Positions 57,358 to 64,000 of a stretch of DNA of 64,000 nt are shown here, piece after piece. The DNA is taken from contig OZ244252.1 in the NCBI GenBank assembly GCA_965217185.1, forward strand, positions 1,984,001-2,048,000, read 5' to 3'. The notes under the pieces are model-generated. The model made no database searches and had not been told where the DNA came from. It saw only the letters and a program-made list of their open reading frames with translations. How positions within the stretch are numbered: the stretch's first letter is position 1; each line of letters opens with the position of its first letter. The position numbers and the translations under genes were made by a program. Source of the DNA: an uncultured Candidatus Entotheonella sp. Its GTDB lineage: Bacteria; Tectomicrobia; Entotheonellia; Entotheonellales; Entotheonellaceae.

Positions 57358-58398
57358 ATGACAAAAACAAATCAAGCCTCCGTTCTTCACGGCGTCGGTG
57401 ACCTTCGCATTGATGAGCGCCCCGTTCCCAGTCCGGCGTCGGACGAGGTGCGTGTTGCGATGCGTTCTGTCGGCATTTGCGGCTCGGATGTCCACTACCT
57501 TGAGCACGGACGCATCGGCAGTTTCGTCGTCGAGGCGCCCATGATACTGGGTCACGAATCATCGGGCATCGTGGAAGCGGTGGGCGGTGGGGTTACGTCT
57601 TTCAGCCCTGGCGATCGGGTGGCTCTCGAACCGGGTGTACCGTGCCGGCGATGCGTCCCTTGCAAATCGGGCCGCTACAATCTCTGCGCTGACGTGCAGT
57701 TCTTTGCCACACCGCCTGTCGATGGCTCGATGGCAACCTACGTCACGCATCCTGCCGACTTCTGCTACAAGCTTCCAGAACACGTGTCGTTGGATGAAGG
57801 CGCCATGATGGAGCCCCTTTCGGTCGGCATTCACGCCTGCCGCCGCGGCAAAGTCGGCATGGGCAGTCGTGTGTTGGTGATGGGCGCAGGGCCGATAGGG
57901 CTCGTCACCGTACTGGCGGCGCGAGCAGCCGGGGCCTCCTATATCGCCCTGGCCGACCCGCGGGCGGAACGGTTGGGTCTGGCTCAGCAAGTGGGGGTCG
58001 ATTATGCCACCAGCGCGGTCGGGCCGACGCTGGCACCTGATCTGGCGGACCGCGCCGGCGGCATGTTCGACGTGTCGGTTGACTGCTCGGGCGCCGAGGC
58101 CGCGGTGCGTGCGGCGATGACCGCCACCCGGTCGGGCGGCAAGGTGGTTCTGGTGGGTCTGGGCCCTGACGAGATGACCTTGCCGATCGTCGAGTCCGCC
58201 ACCCGGGAGGTCGACCTGTTGGGCATCTTCAGGTACGCCAACGCCTATCCGGCGGCGCTTGAACTGATCGCCTCGGGTCAGGTGAACGTCAAGCCGCTTG
58301 TCACCCATCGTTTTCCCATGAGGCAGGTAAGCGAGGCGTTCGACATGGCCAAAACGGGGCGTGACGGCGCGGTCAAGGTCATGGTGACCATCTCATGA
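57358..58398 (+). CDS. Zn-dependent polyol (sorbitol/xylitol-like) dehydrogenase
   Basis: [13 protein letters not shown], CxxCxxCxxGRYNLC, GAGPIG and FRYAN motifs. Confidence 0.9.
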   Translation: MTKTNQASVLHGVGDLRIDERPVPSPASDEVRVAMRSVGICGSDVHYLEHGRIGSFVVEAPMILGHESSGIVEAVGGGVTSFSPGDRVALEPGVPCRRCVPCKSGRYNLCADVQFFATPPVDGSMATYVTHPADFCYKLPEHVSLDEGAMMEPLSVGIHACRRGKVGMGSRVLVMGAGPIGLVTVLAARAAGASYIALADPRAERLGLAQQVGVDYATSAVGPTLAPDLADRAGGMFDVSVDCSGAEAAVRAAMTATRSGGKVVLVGLGPDEMTLPIVESATREVDLLGIFRYANAYPAALELIASGQVNVKPLVTHRFPMRQVSEAFDMAKTGRDGAVKVMVTIS

Positions 58399-58970
58399 CG
58401 GTACCCATCGATCTGTCAGGGCACCATGCCGTCGTGACGGGTGCAGGCAAGGGAATCGGCAGGGCGATTGCCCTTGAACTCGCCGCCGCAGGGGCAGGCA
58501 TCTTCGCCGTAAGCCGCACGGAGGCCGACCTGAAGCGTCTTGGCGTCGACGGGGAGGCGCTGGGCAAACCGTATGGCTACGGCGTGGTGGACTTGCGGGG
58601 CAAGGCCGGCGCCGACTGTATTGCGGCCGCGGCGCTGGTCTCCCTGGGACAGGTCGACATCCTGGTGAACAATGCCGGCGTGTCGGACAACGCCCCGGTT
58701 CTGGAGGTCAGCGAGGCGCAGTGGGACGCCACGATGCACATCAACGCCAGGGGCGCCTTCTTCCTGGCCCAGGTCCTCGGCAGGCACATGGTGAAACAGG
58801 GATGGGGCCGCACACAACCTGTCGTCCCAGGCCGGCATCGTGGCGCTGGAGGGGCACGCCGCCTACGGCGCCAGCAAGGCGGCCCTGGACCACACCACCC
58901 GGGTGCTGGCCCTGGAGTTGGGCCCGCACGGCGTCACCGTGAACTCGGTGGCCCCTACCGTCATCCTGAC
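58395..58970 (+). pseudogene. SDR oxidoreductase, frameshifted (about 58810) and truncated by a MITE
   Basis: TGAGKGIG and NNAG in one frame; YGASK and VNSVAP in another; interrupted at 58971. Confidence 0.85.
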
Positions 58971-59137
58971 GGGAGTGCCAAAAAGTGGGGGCGATTGCAG
59001 ATTTGTGGGGGTGATGGCATAAATTGAGGAGGGTCGGGTCCGTAAGTATCCACGAGCATTGTTCAACCGAAGGTCCGATGCTGGAGCTCAGCGCTGAACC
59101 CTCTCCTGCCTGAATGCCCCCACTTTTTGGTAGTCCC
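58971..59137. mobile_element. ISKra4-related MITE
   Basis: GGGAGTGCCAAAAAGTGGGG ... CCCCACTTTTTGGTAGTCCC; homologous to the 47150 and 60724 copies. Confidence 0.78.
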
Positions 59138-59243
59138 TTAGTAACGGAACAATTGTGGTCGCTAAGGAGGCTGTCGAAAATTAAGTTCCCAGGTTATAGG
59201 CTTTGTATTCTAACTGGAGTTTTGCATTTTGCCTTCTACCCGG

Positions 59244-60458
59244 TCACGCCTGAGCCAAGACAGCCTTAATCTGTGACATGGACCAGTCGTCATCGCTTAG
59301 TTTGTCCACAATCCAGTCCACTAAGCGTTCGAGAAGTTCTCCCTTCACCGCCCGACAGGCTTCGCCAATCGTCGTCAGCGTTCGACGAGTCCATTCATGC
59401 GGACCGCTCGCGTGCATGGCGTGCATCAGAAGACTGTACGCGGCGCTGACAAGATACACGTGGCGGGTCTGGCCCTTGCCGCTGCGCACCTGACAATCTC
59501 CTAGCCCCAATTGCTGCTTGCCGTCCCGATGAAAGGTCTCGGTGCCCGTCCAACGATGGCGGTACACCCTCAACATGCGAAGTACCTCCCAAACCACCCG
59601 GTTGCTCACCAAGGCCTTGCTCGCCTCAGTCGCAAAACGGTCCTTCCAAAACAACACGATGCGAACCGGGTGACTCAGCGTCGCAAGGCGCATCCGTTTG
59701 CTGAAATACCAGTCGCAACGCTTGCCCACACGCACCGCTTTCTTGTCTGCAAAGGGTATCTGGCCAGCCACTTCTTGCAGCTTCTGTTCTCGGCCCTCAA
59801 AGACCACTTTGCGGTTGAGTTTCAAGGCGCCCACATAATGGCGCTGCTTGGCATGAAGATGGTTCAGTATCTTGGCGTGGGTGAAATAGCTGTCAAAGGT
59901 GACATCGCCGGGAATGTCCCGTGAAAGGACATCGTCAATCAAGTCGAGACACAGCGTCGTGTGATCCTTGAACGCCTCGGACGGGCAGCTGTCCTTTTTC
60001 CTGAACCGTCGCCATTCGATCGGATAATGGCTGCCCGAGGGACAGACGTAGTTGGAAATCAGGTAGTCGTGGGCGATGACGTGGCGCTGCTGGGCATGGT
60101 CCCACAACCAGCCGACATCCTCGATGAGCTTGCCGCTGTGATCGACCAGGGTATTATCAATGGCAATGACGCCGTGAGGGCTGTAGCGGGTCTTCGGGTT
60201 GTCCTGCAACCAGGCCAGACGGCGGTCGTTGAGCACCGCCGCGTCCCAAGACGCCTCGACCAGCCAGCGATTGAGGCAGGATTGATCCGTCGTAACGGCA
60301 AATTGGCGATTGATGGCGCTGATGTTTTTACGCTCTGCCACCATCAAACCGGTGAGATACTCAGCAAAATGCCGCCGGGCGGGTTCGTTGTCAAAGACAT
60401 CGCCGAAAAGGGCCAATGCTTGTTTCACAAGGGTTGGGAAGTCCACAGTCGTCGGCAT
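59244..60458 (-). mobile_element. IS701-family transposase
   Basis: FAEYLTGL...RKNI, IAIDNT, FDSYF, RW..ETFHRDGKQQLGLGDCQVR. Confidence 0.8.
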
Positions 60459-60601
60459 AAGAGAGCCTCCTGCGGAAGTCTTGGAAGGTAGGAAGAATGG
60501 GACGCGTACTCTACGATAGTCAGGCCAGATTGCAAAACCTCAGCCATAAGTTCACAACGACTCTGTGTTTTTGCCAATACTGGGGTCGGTTGCGGAAAAG
60601 G

Positions 60602-60690
60602 GTAGAGTCGGCAGCTGGCGCGGTAGCGGTAGGCGGATGGGGGTAGCTGTTGCCGGCGGCTTTCGCATTGCCGGTGCCTCACTCCCCGTC
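60602..60690 (-). mobile_element. group II intron DVI remnant (second copy of remnant A)
   Basis: Near-identical to 53127-53225: GAGTGAGGCACCGGCAATGCGAAAGCCGCCGGCAACAGCTA...CCAGCTGCCGACTCTAC. Confidence 0.7.
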
Positions 60691-60723
60691 ATGTCCCTGT
60701 TACCGGGTGTCGCTCTCCGGTAG

Positions 60724-60880
60724 GGAGAGTGCCAAAAAGTGGGGCGATTGCAGATTTGTGCGGGTGGCGGCATAAGTTGAGGAGGGTCTGGTCCGTATGT
60801 ATCGACAAGCATTGTTCAATCGAAGGGCCGACTGCTGGAGCTCAGCGCTGAACCCTCACCTGCCTGTTTTGGCACTCTCC
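60724..60880. mobile_element. ISKra4-related MITE
   Basis: Perfect 14-bp TIR GGAGAGTGCCAAAA / TTTTGGCACTCTCC. Confidence 0.8.
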
Positions 60881-60964
60881 ATCATTAACGAGACAACCGC
60901 CTGAAAACTGTCCGAAGTATTGAATCTAAATTCTGGTTTGAGAAGGGGTAGGGGCCCCAAAGTA

Positions 60965-62580
60965 TCACGCGCTGCGCAGCCGTGAGTTTCGGATGATCAG
61001 GATGGCGAGGAAGGGCAGCAACAGATTGAAGACCGTAAGGCCAACGAGCAGGACGCCAAGCTCGCCATAAGCCGCCGGGGTCGTGATGGTATCCGACGCC
61101 GAGTCGCGGACTTCGCGGGTAATCGTAAAAATCTGGTTGGCGTATTTCGTCCCCAGTTGGCTCAGGGACAGGGCCAAATTGACGAACGACGCCATGACGG
61201 CAAAGAAGGTCGCCTTCAGATGGAAGGGTGCGCTGTTGGCGATCCAGGCCAGCATGGGAATCATGGCGACCTGCCCGAAGGGCGCCTCCAGCGCCAAGTC
61301 AATCACGGCGATAAACCGCGCATCCACGATGCCGTTGCTGTGTGCCGCCGTCCAGTTATGGAGTCCGTAATACATCCCGACGTTCGGGAGCGTCAGGGCC
61401 GTCCCGACAATCGTCAGAAAGCCCACGACGTAGGCGATCGACTTCTCCACCATGAAGCGGCGAAAGATCAACATGCCGCACAAGGCCAGGCTACCGGCGA
61501 TCAGGGACAGCTTGGCGATGAACTGTTGATCGAAGCCCAACACGTCAATTTCCCACCACGTATAGCCTGCTCCCGGTCCGGGCAACGCGCGATATACGAA
61601 AATCACGATGGCGGTACCCACCAAGGTGCGACGCGCTGCCGGACTCAAGCCTTGGATGAGCTTTGTCATGAGAACGGTGACGATGGCCATCGAGCCGACA
61701 AAAATGATCTCCTGATCGTACGGGATCCGGCTTAGCCCCATGGCGAGCGTAAAGAGCACGAAAACGAGGCTGCCGCCAAGGAGCCACCAATTGGCGCGGG
61801 GTGTCTCGTTCTGCGTGTCGAGCAGGCGTCGAATCTCGTCGACGCTGAATCCCTGGCGGTGCAGCCGGCGCCGATGGTTCCGCATCAGCACACCGGCCAG
61901 GGCAACGCCGAGCACGGACATCACCGGAACGAGCAGGGCGAGGGAATAGATATCGCCGTAGGTGGCGACCTGCTCCGCGTCCGACATGCTGCCCACACCG
62001 CGGAAGAGCAGGATGTTGACCAACGACACGGCGATGCCGCCGCCGACGATGGCCATGCGCCCAAGCATTTGCATCGTCGTGTGCATCTCCTTGAGTTCGC
62101 GCTCGTCATAGAGCCGCACGGTCGCATCGACCTTTGGAACGGCCTCGACCGTCATCGCATCGGCGACAACGTCTTGCACCACGTAGCCAATGGGCGCGAG
62201 CAGGGCGCTGAGCACGTACCACGCCTCGACGCTCATGTACGGCATGCCGGCCGCCGTCGACCGGATCAGTGCCAGCATGATCAACAGGCTTGCCGCGATG
62301 AGGGCAGCTCCGACGCAGACCAGCCAGACTTCCAGGGCCAAATCAGGTCCACGAGGTGCCCCAGCGGCATTTTCAGCACCCAGGGTATCCCTGCCCAGAA
62401 GCCGAGCATCGCCAGAAACTCCGCCGACAGCCCGAGGTACTCCTTGATGAAGAAGGTGCCGACGATGGCCGTCAAACCCGAGATGCCCGCTGCCGCGTAG
62501 ACCATGAGCGGCGGTAGATAATCCACGCGAATTTGGCGGCCCAGTTCGACGACGGTGGCAGAGAATTTTCGGATCTGCAT
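60965..62580 (-). pseudogene. BT1/folate-biopterin-like MFS membrane protein, frameshifted near 62335
   Basis: N-terminus (YLPPLMVY...IPWVLKMPLGHLVD) in ORF 62281-62580; the rest (QDVVADAMTVE, KATFFAVMASFVNL) in ORF 60965-62593. Confidence 0.65.
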
Positions 62581-62690
62581 GATCTTGTCTCAAAGGTGGA
62601 ATGTCGGGTTACGCCTGCGGCTAATCCGACCTACGTGTAGCCAAGGCCCTGGTCAGGGTTCGGTTCAGACAGGAGAGAATGTGCTCCGAC

Positions 62691-63923
62691 TCACGCCTCC
62701 GGCAACGGCGTGCTGTCCTCCAGGACGCCTTCTTGCATCAACGCGGCAATATCAGCGTCGGACATGTCGAGGATGTCGCGGCAGACCTGGGCGGTGTGCT
62801 GGCCGAGGAGCGGGGCGGGGGAGCGGTGTTCGGGGATGGCGGCAGAGAGGTGGAACTCGGAGCGCTGCACGGGGTGGCGGCCGACCTCGGGATGATCCAG
62901 GTAGACGAAGTGGCCGCGGTGGGCCAGTTGCGGGTCTTCGATGACGTCGCGGTTGGTCTGCACGACGCCCGCCGGCACGCCGGCCGCTTGCAGGGTGTGC
63001 ATCAGGTCGTAGGCGTCCCAATTCTGGGTCCATTCGGCAATCAGACCATCCAGGGCGTCTTCATGGGCCTTGCGGGCCAGCTGGGTGGCGAAACGCGCTT
63101 CCTGACTCCAGGCAGGGTGCTCCATGGCCCCGGACAGGGCCTGCCAATGCGCCTCGGAAAGGCAGGCGATGGTGCACCAGCGGTCGTCGCCCCGGCAGGG
63201 GTAGGCGCCGTGCGGCGCGGCGCTGGAATGGCGGTTGCCGCAGCGTTCGGCCTCGCGTCCCATCATGGCCCATTCCACAACGGGCGGGGCGAGGAAGTGC
63301 AGGGAGACTTCGAGCTGCGAAATGTCGATGTGCTGGCCGCGTCCGGTGCGGCGGCGGTAGTCCAGGGCCGCGATGATGGTGGGGACGGCGAAGCGCGGCA
63401 CGATGAAATCCGTGTACGCGCCGTACGGATTGGTCGGCGGCCGGTCCGGCCAGCCGGTCAGGCCGGTCATGCCGCTGAGCGAGGACAGCACCGGGCCGAA
63501 ACCCGGCTGCCGCGAGTGCGGGCCGCCGCGGCCCAGCATGGAGGTGCTGAACAGGATGATGTCGGGCTTGATGGCGCGCAAGTCGTCATAGCCGAGGCCC
63601 CATTTCTCCAGCGTGCCGGGGGTGAAATTCTCGGTCACCAGGTCGGCCCAGGCGACGAAGCGCTTGACGATCTCGACGCCTTGGGGGTGTGCCATGTTCA
63701 AGCCGAAGCCGAACTTGTTGGCGTTGTAATTGGCGTAGTAGGCGCTGCGGTTCGGACCGCGCACGTCGCCGCCAAAGGGCGGCGCGCTGCGCAGCACCTC
63801 GGGGCGCAGCTTGGATTCGACGCGTACCACCGTGGCGCCGTATTCCGCCAGATAGCTCGTGGTCATGGGACCGACGGCCACCCAGCAGAAATCCAGAACC
63901 TTCAGGCCCTCCATGGGTCGCAT
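62691..63923 (-). CDS. CaiB/BaiF family III CoA-transferase
   Basis: GLKVLDF...GP, GATVVRVES, NANK, ENFTPG and APLLGQHT motifs; GGAGG RBS. Confidence 0.92.
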   Translation of the reverse strand: MRPMEGLKVLDFCWVAVGPMTTSYLAEYGATVVRVESKLRPEVLRSAPPFGGDVRGPNRSAYYANYNANKFGFGLNMAHPQGVEIVKRFVAWADLVTENFTPGTLEKWGLGYDDLRAIKPDIILFSTSMLGRGGPHSRQPGFGPVLSSLSGMTGLTGWPDRPPTNPYGAYTDFIVPRFAVPTIIAALDYRRRTGRGQHIDISQLEVSLHFLAPPVVEWAMMGREAERCGNRHSSAAPHGAYPCRGDDRWCTIACLSEAHWQALSGAMEHPAWSQEARFATQLARKAHEDALDGLIAEWTQNWDAYDLMHTLQAAGVPAGVVQTNRDVIEDPQLAHRGHFVYLDHPEVGRHPVQRSEFHLSAAIPEHRSPAPLLGQHTAQVCRDILDMSDADIAALMQEGVLEDSTPLPEA

Positions 63924-63934
63924 GCAGACCTCCG

Positions 63935-64000
63935 TCACACGGCATTGATTTCCCGCAGCCGTACCAACTCCTGCGGCTGCAGGCCGAGTTCGTCAACGTA
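63935..64000 (-). CDS. C-terminal end of an upstream gene, probably another CoA-transferase (partial)
   Basis: ...YVDELGLQPQELVRLREINAV* resembles CaiB-family C-termini. Confidence 0.55.
   Translation of the reverse strand, partial: YVDELGLQPQELVRLREINAV

Noticed and set aside
59140..60600. Defined terminal repeats for the IS701-family element
   Set aside because: Only short TAAGTTC matches in direct orientation were seen, so the ends could not be assigned.

Overview
GC-rich bacterial genomic window; no rRNA, tRNA or CRISPR array was recognised. The left third (1-19.9 kb) looks like core or metabolic DNA: ggt-mazG, a CusCBA-type heavy-metal RND efflux cluster with two outer-membrane factors plus His/Met-rich accessory proteins, an LLM monooxygenase, a DUF362 Fe-S protein, an epimerase, an AceE-like TPP enzyme, and thiSGE under a TPP riboswitch with a terminator. 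19.9-30.7 kb is a defence island: an EcoEI-like type I R-M system (hsdRMS) interleaved with many intact or broken toxin-antitoxin genes. Coupled to hsdS is a DUF3800 gene, a small frameshifted putative nuclease gene and a two-hairpin candidate ncRNA; this is my best candidate for an undescribed system. 30.8-37.5 kb holds a divergent PQQ dehydrogenase, a DHA2 MFS pump, an IMPase and a HAD hydrolase. From about 37.6 kb to 62.6 kb lies a decaying genomic island: an integrase pseudogene with an excisionase, three tandem IS1182-like elements, ISKra4 remnants and MITEs, group II intron 3' ends and IS701. Its cargo includes a UGA-recoded selenoprotein GrdB-like gene with a visible SECIS hairpin (split by the ORF track), a GrdE-like partner, a MoxR AAA+-vWA fusion, a cytochrome c, an amidohydrolase, a second PQQ dehydrogenase and polyol oxidoreductases. 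The window ends in CoA-transferase genes. All family calls come from motif recognition by eye, without database searches.
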